Shown in pieces: positions 45,904 through 55,608 of a stretch of 64,000 nt of DNA. This DNA comes from a virus. The first letter of the stretch is position 1, and each line of letters starts with the position of its first letter. Below the pieces are notes generated by a model. That model ran no database searches. It had not been told where the DNA came from and was given only the letters and a program-made list of their open reading frames with translations. The DNA is taken from IMG/VR virus record IMGVR_UViG_3300045988_185315. The stretch is one strand, 5' to 3'. Both the position numbers and the translations under genes were made by a program.

Positions 45904-45924
45904 ACGAATCTCCTATTCTCTATC

Positions 45925-46479
45925 TCATGCGGCGGTTTTATTGCCGCTGTTCTTTTTCTCTACTGCTGTACTCAAAAGACCATCAAACAACTCAACTGCC
46001 GTAGACACAAACAGCTGGCTCTGAACCGAGATTTTTCCCGGCTCCGGAGTCCGCTCTTTCATGTGCGCAGCAGCATTATAAATTGCCGCCAAAACCCCAT
46101 GCTTCATCAAAACCACTTCTCTGATATCGGGACTTTCAGCGGCAAGGAAGCTGGCGAGGTTGTAGGCCCGCCCAAGCATCGGCTCATCGTACAAAGGAGC
46201 ATTGCGCTGAACCATGGTAGTATAAACAGCGGGTTGTTTCCCGGAATCGCTGAACCGAATGCCTCGAAAGCCAGAACTGACCTCATACAAAAGCGTGAGG
46301 CGTTCGGTCAGAAACACCGCCGTCTCGGCAATTCTCTTTGCCGTTTCATCAGGAAACGGAACGGCATTGTCCTGCTGTGCCGCGTGCAGAATCTTTTTAG
46401 CCAAAAGCCGTTTCGCATATTCCTGCACATCATGGTCGAGTTCGTAGTAAATATGGCTTACTGTCTTATTGGTACGCAT
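45925..46479 (-). CDS. hypothetical protein (184 aa) downstream of helicase, upstream of NADAR
   Basis: ORF. Confidence 0.5.
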   Translation of the reverse strand: MRTNKTVSHIYYELDHDVQEYAKRLLAKKILHAAQQDNAVPFPDETAKRIAETAVFLTERLTLLYEVSSGFRGIRFSDSGKQPAVYTTMVQRNAPLYDEPMLGRAYNLASFLAAESPDIREVVLMKHGVLAAIYNAAAHMKERTPEPGKISVQSQLFVSTAVELFDGLLSTAVEKKNSGNKTAA

Positions 46480-46483
46480 ATGA

Positions 46484-48679
46484 TTACCTCCTGGTTCTCG
46501 CTGCCTTTTGCCGTTCGACCCACGCTTCGGCTTCCTCTACTGTGGCATACACTGCCGTCTCACCGCGCCGGGCAATCTGCTTTCGGGCATTCTGTGCCGC
46601 CTGCTCACTCTTGTAAGTTTCATAGCCGATATAAGACCCGTCCCAGCGTGCAAGGCAGCAATAATATTCGTGGCTCTTAGCGGGAGCTGTCGGGACAAAG
46701 GGAGGAGGTACTGCGGGTGTTGCCTGAGTCGGCTGTGCGGCAGGAATCGGTGTTCCAGTCTTTCTGGCAATTAGATTCTGCTTTTCTGCCATCCAGGCAT
46801 CAGCTTCCTTCGTACAATAGAAGTACTTTGCTTCGCAAGTATTGAACAGTGAATAATACAGATTCAACATTTCTTTTTCACTGTTGCAGACCTTCTTGCG
46901 AGCCAAATTGTAGCTTGCATCGTAGTAGCAGCAGATGAAAGCATCCCCACGCGGTGCTTTCTTCGTCTCGTCTTCCTTGTAGTCTGGATACAGCTTGGCG
47001 AGGTCTTCTGCCGTATTCTTTTCCGGGTCCAGCGTGGATGCGTCGAACCCATTCGGAAGTTTCCAGTCATGAGAACTGATGATGTCCAAAAAGCTGCTTG
47101 CATAGCGCAATGTCCAGCGCCCAACATGGACGAACCCAAAACTTTCAAGACACCGAATCTGTTTCGGGGTAGCCATTCCGCTGGCTCTGCGAGCAATGAG
47201 TCGTTTGAGAATTGCAGCGGCAAGGCCCTGAGATTTGATGGCATCCCCTTTTACGCCGTAGCACGAAATACTATCGATGATGTCATCGGAAGGCTCCTGC
47301 CTCTCACTCTCAAACATCGGCTGATAATCGTTGAGTTCCGGCGCTTCGATGCTGAAAATGTACTGCAGCGGGTCAACCAATCCTCTCGGCTTTTGACGCT
47401 GTGCCTTGAGCTTGCGCTGAATCGTATCCTGCTTTTCGAGTTCACACAGTGCTTTCCGCTTTTCCTCGTCCAGTTCAGTCTGTGCTTCCTCGATTGCCTC
47501 AATCAGCCCCAATTCGGGACTCCCGAAATTCTCCTGGCTATTCGAACCGGTGAGTGCCGCATCCGCCAGCATATCGGTGGTCTTTTGTGCCACTTCCGGG
47601 TCTTCACAGAAAATATCAGCAGGATGGCAAAGACTATGTTTCTTTGTCAGCCACAGGAAATCCAGCACGAGAAGATTCTTTTTCCCTTCACATAGGCGTG
47701 TTCCGCGTCCCACAATCTGCGCATACAGGCTACGGCTCTTGGTAGGACGCAAGCAGATGATACAGTCAACGGTTGGGCAATCCCAGCCTTCCGTCAGGAG
47801 CATCGCGTTCGTCAGCGCCTTGTACTCGCCATTGTCAAACCCTTTCAGAACGTCCTTCCGGTCCGCAGACGCGCCATTGACTTCTGCGGTCTTGAAGTTT
47901 CGCTTATTGAGGATATTACACAGTCTTTTGCTGATTCGTACCAGAGGCGTAAAGATGACAGTCTTTCGGTTCTGGCATTCTCGCACAATGGCATCCGCAA
48001 TCGTGTCCAGATACAGGTCAAGAACATTGCCGAGGTCCTGAGCACTGAAATCACCGGCATTGATATGAACCTTGCTGATGTCTACCTCGACCGGAATTGT
48101 CTTCGTGTTAATTTTGCAGAGATATCCTTCCCGAATTGCATCTGGAAGCTTATATTCAAATGCAAGACTATCAAAGATATCAGATAGGGATTTCATGTCG
48201 CTTCGGTCGGGTGTTGCGGTCACGCCCAACACTTTGGCATCGATGAAACGCTCGAGAATTCCCTTGTAAGTTTTGGCTGCCGTGTGATGCGCTTCATCAA
48301 TGATGATAGTCCCGAAATAATCACGCGGATACTTTATTAACCGATTCTGCTTAGAGAGAGTCTGAACACTGGCAACCACGACCATCTTATCGGAATCAAG
48401 TGCCGAGTTCTGAGCTTTCTCCAATGCGGTCTCTAGCCCCGTCACCATCTTGAGCTTATCGCTTGCCTGCTGTAAAAGCTCTTCCCGGTGCGCAAGAATC
48501 AAAACGTGTTCGCCCTTTTCCACCTGGTCGTTCACGATGCTTGCAAACACAATAGTTTTGCCGGTTCCGGTCGGCATCACAACCAGCGTTTTCTTATTCC
48601 CGGCATCCCACTCTCTATGAATCGCCGCAGCAGCTTTCTGCTGATATGGCCGTGGGTCAATCTTCTTTGTTGTAATCAT
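46484..48679 (-). CDS. DEAD/DEAH-box SF2 helicase (731 aa) with C-terminal tandem about 45-aa repeat domain
   Basis: Walker A VMPTGTGKT, DEAH IIIDEAHH, motif VI QIVGRGTR; C-terminal repeated YYC…ARW/K……EAEAW units. Confidence 0.85.
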   Translation of the reverse strand: MITTKKIDPRPYQQKAAAAIHREWDAGNKKTLVVMPTGTGKTIVFASIVNDQVEKGEHVLILAHREELLQQASDKLKMVTGLETALEKAQNSALDSDKMVVVASVQTLSKQNRLIKYPRDYFGTIIIDEAHHTAAKTYKGILERFIDAKVLGVTATPDRSDMKSLSDIFDSLAFEYKLPDAIREGYLCKINTKTIPVEVDISKVHINAGDFSAQDLGNVLDLYLDTIADAIVRECQNRKTVIFTPLVRISKRLCNILNKRNFKTAEVNGASADRKDVLKGFDNGEYKALTNAMLLTEGWDCPTVDCIICLRPTKSRSLYAQIVGRGTRLCEGKKNLLVLDFLWLTKKHSLCHPADIFCEDPEVAQKTTDMLADAALTGSNSQENFGSPELGLIEAIEEAQTELDEEKRKALCELEKQDTIQRKLKAQRQKPRGLVDPLQYIFSIEAPELNDYQPMFESERQEPSDDIIDSISCYGVKGDAIKSQGLAAAILKRLIARRASGMATPKQIRCLESFGFVHVGRWTLRYASSFLDIISSHDWKLPNGFDASTLDPEKNTAEDLAKLYPDYKEDETKKAPRGDAFICCYYDASYNLARKKVCNSEKEMLNLYYSLFNTCEAKYFYCTKEADAWMAEKQNLIARKTGTPIPAAQPTQATPAVPPPFVPTAPAKSHEYYCCLARWDGSYIGYETYKSEQAAQNARKQIARRGETAVYATVEEAEAWVERQKAARTRR

Positions 48680-48689
48680 ATTTCACCCA

Positions 48690-48726
48690 AAAAACAAGCA
48701 GGCCCGAAATGAGCCTGCCTTACATT
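48690..48726 (-). terminator. intrinsic terminator (GCAGGCtcatttcggGCCTGC + T-run on minus strand)
   Basis: Minus strand: hairpin followed by TTGTTTTTTGGGTG. Confidence 0.55.
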
Positions 48727-48734
48727 TTCCCAAT

Positions 48735-48932
48735 TTAGTTCATTGCCCGCTGCATCACAAATATGATGCCGGTCGCCAAAACCATAACGCCAATGTCTCT
48801 GACAACGGTTCCGACCCGTTTATCATTGGTAATGTCCTGATTCCATTCAAATCCCCAACCAATCATAGCGACACCAACCACAATCAAAATAATACCAACA
48901 ATCGTTAAGCTTTCTTCCGACAAACCGTACAT
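48735..48932 (-). CDS. small membrane protein (65 aa)
   Basis: Start at MYGLSEESL with an AAAGGA site; two transmembrane helices. Confidence 0.45.
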   Translation of the reverse strand: MYGLSEESLTIVGIILIVVGVAMIGWGFEWNQDITNDKRVGTVVRDIGVMVLATGIIFVMQRAMN

Positions 48933-49019
48933 AGTGCATTTCCTTTCCGCAAACAAAAAGTCCCGCACAAACAACTCATGCGGGACAACGATAAGATATA
49001 TTTTTAGTTTATATTTTTC

Positions 49020-49047
49020 ATTGTACGCAATTCGCACAGATTGACAA
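49020..49047 (-). promoter_or_regulatory. promoter of the conserved family (TTGTCA-N16-TACAAT)
   Basis: Reverse complement TTGTCAatctgtgcgaattgcgTACAAT. Confidence 0.55.
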
Positions 49048-49103
49048 TAGAAAATTACAAAAAATTCCCGCATGAGCGTCGCTGCTCACACGGGAAAAAT
49101 TTC

Positions 49104-49712
49104 TTAATATTCAGTGCAGAGAACCGTCAAAAGGCTGGAGAAGTAGTACATTGCGATGGTCGTGATTTTCACAGCATCGCTTCCCTGCCCGTTTGCAAGG
49201 CGCGTAAAGGTTCCGCCGTTTTTGAGTCGGGTCATGGTCAGGTACATGAGCATATAGGTGTTCACATAGACGTCTGTATATCGCTGACCGTTGTCCTCGT
49301 AGCGCTGCGGGATACATTCCTGACTCAACATTTCAATGAGCTGATACCAGGATTTCAGATACAGAGGGCTCTTCGGTTCATTCAGAGCATTCTGAGCCTG
49401 CTTCTGGTATTCTTTCAGAGTTTCATCAGTCAGGGGCATGAACTCGACGTTTGCAAATTTGTCACGGTTGTAGTAGAGCCACAGCGTGGCATTGGACAGG
49501 TCCATGCAAATACCGGCAAGCTTCTCTGCTTTTTCGTCCTCCAGTTGAGTCACCGGAACGCTCGGGTCATCGATTTCGACATCTTCGGAAGTCATGTCCA
49601 CAATCCTGTAGCTGTTCTCCTCCGTCCGAATCTCAGAGCTGACAAAGCGCTTGAAATCTTCAACAAGCTTCCGATAAGCTTCGAGCTGAGCATTTTCTTT
49701 CTGTTCACTCAT
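49104..49712 (-). CDS. hypothetical protein (202 aa)
   Basis: Start at MSEQKEN with a GGGAGA site. Confidence 0.5.
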   Translation of the reverse strand: MSEQKENAQLEAYRKLVEDFKRFVSSEIRTEENSYRIVDMTSEDVEIDDPSVPVTQLEDEKAEKLAGICMDLSNATLWLYYNRDKFANVEFMPLTDETLKEYQKQAQNALNEPKSPLYLKSWYQLIEMLSQECIPQRYEDNGQRYTDVYVNTYMLMYLTMTRLKNGGTFTRLANGQGSDAVKITTIAMYYFSSLLTVLCTEY

Positions 49713-49909
49713 AATGTGTATCTCCCTTTTGGATTTCAATTTATTATATGGATATCGCACTTTTTTGCAATGGCTTTTAACTCAAGCACCTTTTTGGCTG
49801 TTTGTCAATACCCGCAGAATATCAAAGTGCTGTTAAAGTTCAGGTGGAAAAACGTTCTGGAACCAACAAACCCGGGACTCCCGCCTCTTGCATTTGTTTA
49901 CCGCCTTTT

Positions 49910-50617
49910 TCAGCCTGCGTTCTGGCTGTTCTTCTTGACATCGGCTGCAACCTTCAAGCGGCGTATGTACTCTTCCAGTTCCTCCAGTGTATAGGTCTCT
50001 TCCGTCTCAATCGGCTCTTTGGCATCTTTGGGCAGATAGCTTTTCGTACAGACAAACTCAGGGCTAGTTACAGGGCAGTCCAGGACAGTTTCATCGTACA
50101 ACTCTTTCTCGATGTTGTGGTAGAGAAAGAACGGGATATGCCGCCCGCAATCGTCATCCGATTCTGTCCAATCCGGGAGTTCCTGGATTTCGAGGGCATA
50201 TGTTTCATAAAATATCGTGTTTGCCCGAGCATTGCCAAGAAGAGTGTTGAACAGCTTAAAGTTTTCTCTCACTTCGCGGCGGAAGAATTTCGGGAGTGAA
50301 AACTCCTCGTATTCCAGTTTCGTATCAGAGCGTAGGTAGTATCGGTACTGCGTCTCGACCGGTATAAACTTTGTTGCAGCATTCAGTTCTTTCAGAGCGT
50401 TGAGTCGTTCACTCGTCTTTCTGACATTATGTCTTGCATAGCCCAGATACGCTGAAACCAGAATCATCAGAAGAAGAGCGGCAAGGATAATGACAACGAG
50501 CCATTCCTCGTCTTCCATATGCGGCAGGTGTTTCAGAATACTATCCTGGATAGCATAAGGAAGGTCATCGAACCATTCATAGAACCCAATCGGGTCCTGA
50601 TAAGTATGGGAAGCCAT
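49910..50617 (-). CDS. membrane protein (235 aa, one transmembrane helix)
   Basis: Transmembrane segment WLVVIILAALLLMILVSAYL. Confidence 0.5.
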   Translation of the reverse strand: MASHTYQDPIGFYEWFDDLPYAIQDSILKHLPHMEDEEWLVVIILAALLLMILVSAYLGYARHNVRKTSERLNALKELNAATKFIPVETQYRYYLRSDTKLEYEEFSLPKFFRREVRENFKLFNTLLGNARANTIFYETYALEIQELPDWTESDDDCGRHIPFFLYHNIEKELYDETVLDCPVTSPEFVCTKSYLPKDAKEPIETEETYTLEELEEYIRRLKVAADVKKNSQNAG

Positions 50618-50635
50618 GATATTTACCTCATCCCA

Positions 50636-51523
50636 TCAATAGATGAATTTGCATTCCCGACGTTCCCGGCTATTGCCGCACCAGTAATGCCGCCAGCGGG
50701 GAGTTTTGCCTTCCCCATTCTTTTTGTATTCTTTGGCCGCATTCTCACCAACGGTATATGTCTTGACGTTGATTCGCTGTGCCTTTCCCTGAAACACGAA
50801 TACCGGGCGGTCACGCTTTTTGGAAGTTTCCAAGCGGACATCAGGGTTCTTGCTGGCAAGATAGTAGGCACACAGGATTGCCAGACGAACATAAGGCGTG
50901 CCGCCGTCAAAGACCGAAGGAACTGCTTCCATCACAGCCGGTACGCTGATACCATTTACCTGCCGCTGCCCGGCTGCCTTTTCCAGGTATTCTTTCGTGC
51001 TCCGAGTTGCTTCCGTCAAGCTCTGGTTTTCTTTGGCCCAGGCAGGCAGAGTCAGGAACGTGAAATCATCATGGCTGCCTTTGGCCTGGCCGACAAGAAC
51101 GATGCCGAAAGCAGTGGTCTTCTCTTTCTCTTCGAATTCCACATGCACGAACATACCGTTGTAGTCGTAGCTGTCATACACCGGGATAAAGAAATCACGA
51201 ATCGGAAGCCGCTGCAGGATATCCTGATGAATCGCCATGTCATCCGTATCCATAAGAATTTTCTGGAACTCGTAGTCAAAATCATAGACCGTCTTCGTCT
51301 GGTTCCAGCAGCCGATGGTGAAGCAGGGGAAAATCTGTGCAGCAAGGACACGCTCGAAACCCGGCGTGTTCATTTTCTGCGCTGCCGTCACACAGCAAAG
51401 CGTTGAAGATTTGTTGTACTCTTCCAGAGTCTTCCCACACGGGTCACTGAACCCAAAATGGTTACGGGTCTGTTTGGTAACGGCATTCGCCGTCAATGCG
51501 ATTCTCAGCTGTTCATTGGTCAT
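50636..51523 (-). CDS. hypothetical protein, paralogue of 9123-10199
   Basis: Shares the same conserved blocks and the C-terminal TPRWRHYWCGNSR motif. Confidence 0.6.
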   Translation of the reverse strand: MTNEQLRIALTANAVTKQTRNHFGFSDPCGKTLEEYNKSSTLCCVTAAQKMNTPGFERVLAAQIFPCFTIGCWNQTKTVYDFDYEFQKILMDTDDMAIHQDILQRLPIRDFFIPVYDSYDYNGMFVHVEFEEKEKTTAFGIVLVGQAKGSHDDFTFLTLPAWAKENQSLTEATRSTKEYLEKAAGQRQVNGISVPAVMEAVPSVFDGGTPYVRLAILCAYYLASKNPDVRLETSKKRDRPVFVFQGKAQRINVKTYTVGENAAKEYKKNGEGKTPRWRHYWCGNSRERRECKFIY

Positions 51524-52116
51524 TTGCTATCCTCCAAAAGTTTATTTTTTGTCATATGCAAACAGCGCTGAACCATGCCGATGGTGAATTTTCGAGTCGT
51601 TAGCACTGTCATGAGCTTTCCTTCATTGCCCTTGATGGTTCGTTCCAGAATGTTCCAGGATTCGGTTTCGGGCTTGACATTGGTATATAGGTCCAACGGA
51701 ACATACAGCCACGCAATTTCACTGTCCTGCATCACGGCATAGGATTGCAGGATTTTATCAATTGCCTCTACGCCGACCTTCCAGCTGGTGATTATGGTCC
51801 GGCTGATATCGTATACAATCAGGTGCGGTGCTTCATTTGCTTCCGTATCAACTTCAATGACATGAGCAATATACGGTTTCCCGTCCACCAGCTTATACTG
51901 ATAAATAATGGACGGGATTTTCTCTCGAATCAATCTGTCATGTTCAAGCGCCAAGTCCGCGTACTCGCCCGTTGCATCAATGATGATGATTCGTCCCTGA
52001 CAGGTCCTCAGTGTCGCTCTAATTTGCTTGCGGCACCAGGCGAAGCAGCTCTCTTTGTATTCTGTTGAGACAAGAAAAAAGTTATTACCAGGTGTTATGA
52101 TAGGTTCGTAGCTCAT
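51520..52116 (-). CDS. hypothetical protein (198 aa)
   Basis: ORF overlapping the downstream gene by 4 nt. Confidence 0.5.
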   Translation of the reverse strand: MSYEPIITPGNNFFLVSTEYKESCFAWCRKQIRATLRTCQGRIIIIDATGEYADLALEHDRLIREKIPSIIYQYKLVDGKPYIAHVIEVDTEANEAPHLIVYDISRTIITSWKVGVEAIDKILQSYAVMQDSEIAWLYVPLDLYTNVKPETESWNILERTIKGNEGKLMTVLTTRKFTIGMVQRCLHMTKNKLLEDSK

Positions 52117-52149
52117 TGTGTAACCTCAGCTTTTGTAATTCATCTGTTC

Positions 52150-52179
52150 TTAATTGTCTGCGATTCGCACAGTTTCGCA
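52150..52179 (-). promoter_or_regulatory. promoter of the conserved family (TTGCGA-N16-GACAAT)
   Basis: Reverse complement TTGCGAaactgtgcgaatcgcaGACAAT. Confidence 0.5.
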
Positions 52180-52213
52180 ACATGATATTGTCTGTGAATG
52201 CCAGGCGTTGGAA

Positions 52214-52852
52214 TTACAACCCCTTGATGAAGTTCGGGTCATAGTGAGACAGGACATCCTCATTCAGGCAGTACTCGCACTTAATAGTTGTCGCGTCATT
52301 CGTATACACGCCGCGATTTGCGTAGTATATCCCATCGATATAAATGGCGAACATGACGGATGGCATCAGTGCCTTTTCATTCACTGCGTAAATCAGGTAT
52401 TCATCCAGATTATCCTTGACCACCGCGCTCTTATTGATTTGGGCGATTTGCTGTCCACAAAGGAATACAGGGCAGCATATTCCTTCTTTTCCAAAACCAA
52501 TTTTGTAGCTCTGGTATTCCTCGCCATACAGCTGCATGGCGATAGAATTGTATCCTTGGAGGAATCCGGTTTTTGTATGGATGACGGAAATCTCGCCTAC
52601 CGTGCAGTTGTTCTCACGGATAGCAAAAGGGTGTCTCAGAATATCTTTCGTGTTGATGCCGCGCATGTACGCCCTTGCGTCAGCAGCTGGCATGTATTGC
52701 AGCAGGAACTTGGAATCATTCAGCCGGATGCCATAACCTTGCCGCAGCACTTTCGGAATATAGTGTGCCTGCCCGATAACGGCCTTGCCTTTCACGATAT
52801 CGAAGGTGAACTCATATCCTTTCGATTTGGTTTGCTTAACAATCCATTGCAA
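52214..52852 (-). CDS. hypothetical protein (212 aa)
   Basis: ORF; AAGGAGG upstream. Confidence 0.5.
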   Translation of the reverse strand: MQWIVKQTKSKGYEFTFDIVKGKAVIGQAHYIPKVLRQGYGIRLNDSKFLLQYMPAADARAYMRGINTKDILRHPFAIRENNCTVGEISVIHTKTGFLQGYNSIAMQLYGEEYQSYKIGFGKEGICCPVFLCGQQIAQINKSAVVKDNLDEYLIYAVNEKALMPSVMFAIYIDGIYYANRGVYTNDATTIKCEYCLNEDVLSHYDPNFIKGL

Positions 52853-53280
52853 AACTCCATCGCCTCCTTTTGCCTTCTCACTCGCTGGATAACCTTGTAA
52901 ATACCAGGAACCGAGAGCTGATACTTTTCGGATAGTTTCTGCACCGGCACGCCACTCTCGTATTCTCGAAAGATATTCTCGTTGCGCGGTCTTTGTCTAA
53001 TTTTGATGCGCTCGTTTTTGCGGTTTTCAGTCAGACCCGCATCATTGGCAACCATGCCGCAATATCCTTCTGTCACGTTGAATTTCGCAATCATTTCCTT
53101 GAGAGGGACACTGTTCTTGTATGCCGCAATGATTTCAGCTTTTCTGGCATCCTCAACCTGTGCCAGCTGAATTCTGGCTTTCTGCTTTGCGTCGTCTAAC
53201 GCTCGATAGCATGTACGGACGCTCAACCTGTATTTTGTGGCAAGCTCCTCAATGGAATAGCCGTTGCCGTAGTCTTTCAT
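52792..53280 (-). CDS. tandem HTH repeat protein, paralogue 4 (about 162 aa)
   Basis: Units YSIEELATKYRLSVRTCYRAL, VPLKEMIAKFNVTEGYCGMV, VPVQKLSEKYQLSVPGIYKVI; start placed downstream of promoter P12. Confidence 0.55.
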   Translation of the reverse strand: MKDYGNGYSIEELATKYRLSVRTCYRALDDAKQKARIQLAQVEDARKAEIIAAYKNSVPLKEMIAKFNVTEGYCGMVANDAGLTENRKNERIKIRQRPRNENIFREYESGVPVQKLSEKYQLSVPGIYKVIQRVRRQKEAMEFCNGLLSKPNRKDMSSPSIS

Positions 53281-53362
53281 GATATTGCGATTTCGCTCAA
53301 TCAGCTTTTTGCTTGCAAACCTTGAGATGGTACTCAGCTCCTTTGCTTTATGCTTTACTTCT

Positions 53363-53392
53363 GATTGTCTGCAATTCGCACAAATGGGCAAC
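53363..53392 (-). promoter_or_regulatory. promoter of the conserved family (TTGCCC-N16-GACAAT)
   Basis: Reverse complement TTGCCCatttgtgcgaattgcaGACAAT. Confidence 0.5.
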
Positions 53393-53404
53393 TATTTTTG
53401 CGAA

Positions 53405-53440
53405 ATAAGAAGGCAGGCTCCGAAAAGAACCTGCCATGCA
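53405..53440 (-). terminator. intrinsic terminator (GGCAGGCtccgaaaagaaCCTGCC)
   Basis: Hairpin followed by a T-rich run on the minus strand downstream of the 53443 gene. Confidence 0.45.
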
Positions 53441-53442
53441 TA

Positions 53443-55608
53443 TTAGAGGTTAAAGATGCCCAGCCAGCGCCGAAACTTGATGCCGAACAATTCCTGTGCC
53501 TGCTCGTAGTTCATGATAAGCTGGTTGCCGCCAGAAATCTCTGCTTCGAGGGAGTTCGGCAGCTCATCTGCAATGTATTTCAGTTCGTACCACGGTCCAT
53601 CCGGCGGATAAGAGTAAATGAGCCTGTTCTGCTTCTTATCAACCCGGAACTTGCTCGGGTCAGCCTGCCATGCCAGTTCGATTTTCTCAATTGCAGCACG
53701 ACCAATGCTCTCATCACCCATATAGTCGTTATAGTACAGGATACGCACATAGTCCGGCAAATCGATTTCGCATGCCTCGAAGATATCTGTAATGACACTA
53801 GACGAAGCGTGGAAGATATCCGGGAAGTATTCCTTGCCATTCGCATTTTCACGCATTTCCGTCGTCATCTCATCGATGCAAACAAGCATTCGGCGGACAT
53901 ATTCGCCATAGAATGCGGTTGTCAGCTCCGACATACTCTCATTCACACGCTTCGAGTTTTTGGCACCGCGCTCGTTGTCGATTTTAGCACCAATTCGACA
54001 GATGATAGCGCGTTTCGAGAGGTCTTTTGTCAGCGAGGTAATTTTATTCGATGTGATAGATACAGCAGGATAGTTCACGAGCCTGTCAGAGATACCCCAT
54101 TCATCGTTCTTGATTACCCGTTCTGAATGGTTCTGAAACTGGGTCTTGGCGAGGTCGTCGATGTTCAGCGGCAGTCCCTCACAAACTCGTTTGAGGCCGT
54201 CGATTCTTGTGGCTGTGAAATCCTCCGTTGTGTTCATCTTAACGGTCTCACCGCTCATGAGTTTGACAAGAAATTTTATAAAGGTCGTCTTGCCGCCGTT
54301 TGAGTCACCGTAAATTACGCCGTACATCGGGAACAGCTTCGTATCGTAGTTGTTCCTTGACGCAAAATACCGAAGGTACGCCATGAACGGGGTAGCCAGA
54401 TACCAGGTCATGTACTTGAAGTAGTCCTTCTTGGCCTGTTCGACATCGCCGTAAAAGTAGTCCATGCCTGAGAAGAACTTCTGGATGCTCTTGATGTTCT
54501 TTGCCACCTCGCTGAGATTCGGATTGAGGTCGATATTCTCGTCGTTGAAGGTCATGGTCCCGGCATCATAGTCGATATGTAATTTCGGGAGCTGCTTAAC
54601 TGCCTCAGCTGCCACACGCCGAACCTCGGTATATCGTTTCCCGAAAACGCGCATCGGTTCCGCTGCCACTACAATACGATTCGCCTGTACCGGCATCTTA
54701 GGCATGATTGGCTTGACGAGTTCCTGCATTTTCTTGACATCGGCAACTATCTCGTATTCGACCTCATCCTCAGGCTGTGCCTGTTCCAGAAAGACAAGCT
54801 TCTGCTTTTCAATAGACTGAAAGACGGGCACTTCTTTGATGTTCTCTTTCAGATAATCTTCCTGGTTCATGGTGTTCACGACTGCCTTATAGGAGATATT
54901 GTCGGAGCAGGTCTCCTTGAAGGTCTCGAACAGGACCTTATAATGCGAAAATGCCGCCTCGTCATCGAAGCAAACGATATTCTCTCGCTGGATGCCGCAA
55001 AACGCCGATGCCGACATATTAGCACTGCCGGTGATGACTCGGACACGCTTATGGTCAGCGCTCTCCAAAATGAAGATTTTCTCGTGCGATTTCGTGTCCC
55101 GCGATACATACAGCTGCAAAGACCCGTCATCGAGGCGGTTCGCAAGGTTCCCTGCCGACTTAGACTTAGCGAGCCGCTGCACGCTGTCGATTTGCACCGA
55201 CATGATGGCAGCGATGTCGTTGGCGATGATTTTCTCGCATCCGAACACGACTTCCGCATACGAGAACTTGTTGATGACCTTATTCACGAACTCGATACCG
55301 GACGAAAAAGTAATAGCATAGAGTCTGTCGAACCCGTCAAACAACTCTTCCCAATTCGTTTCGACCGTATCAGCATATACCGCTTTCACAACATTCAGCG
55401 CCTGCGTGGAGATGCTCGCCTTTGCCTTCGTGGTCTTGTTCGCCACGAGTTTGAAGGGCTTATCCGTCTGCCCTTCACTGTCCTCCACGTCCTCGCCGGG
55501 GTCCAAGAGTTCTTCCGGGCCTTCTTCGGTATATTCGGGGCTTTCCGATGCCATCATGTCCATCAGCGACATCTGATTTTCCAAGTCGTTTGCTTTTCTT
55601 CTTGCCAT
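53443..55608 (-). CDS. PLD-like (HKD-type motif) N-terminal domain fused to P-loop NTPase (D5/primase-helicase-like), 721 aa
   Basis: ESADHKRVRVITGSANMS resembles the PLD-superfamily H-K…GSxN motif; later GVIYGDSNGGKTTFIKF Walker A. Confidence 0.55.
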   Translation of the reverse strand: MARRKANDLENQMSLMDMMASESPEYTEEGPEELLDPGEDVEDSEGQTDKPFKLVANKTTKAKASISTQALNVVKAVYADTVETNWEELFDGFDRLYAITFSSGIEFVNKVINKFSYAEVVFGCEKIIANDIAAIMSVQIDSVQRLAKSKSAGNLANRLDDGSLQLYVSRDTKSHEKIFILESADHKRVRVITGSANMSASAFCGIQRENIVCFDDEAAFSHYKVLFETFKETCSDNISYKAVVNTMNQEDYLKENIKEVPVFQSIEKQKLVFLEQAQPEDEVEYEIVADVKKMQELVKPIMPKMPVQANRIVVAAEPMRVFGKRYTEVRRVAAEAVKQLPKLHIDYDAGTMTFNDENIDLNPNLSEVAKNIKSIQKFFSGMDYFYGDVEQAKKDYFKYMTWYLATPFMAYLRYFASRNNYDTKLFPMYGVIYGDSNGGKTTFIKFLVKLMSGETVKMNTTEDFTATRIDGLKRVCEGLPLNIDDLAKTQFQNHSERVIKNDEWGISDRLVNYPAVSITSNKITSLTKDLSKRAIICRIGAKIDNERGAKNSKRVNESMSELTTAFYGEYVRRMLVCIDEMTTEMRENANGKEYFPDIFHASSSVITDIFEACEIDLPDYVRILYYNDYMGDESIGRAAIEKIELAWQADPSKFRVDKKQNRLIYSYPPDGPWYELKYIADELPNSLEAEISGGNQLIMNYEQAQELFGIKFRRWLGIFNL

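Noticed and set aside
45760-46680. 306-aa plus-strand ORF
   Set aside because: Antisense to the NADAR and 184-aa genes and to the helicase 3' end; Arg/His/Ser-rich low-quality translation.
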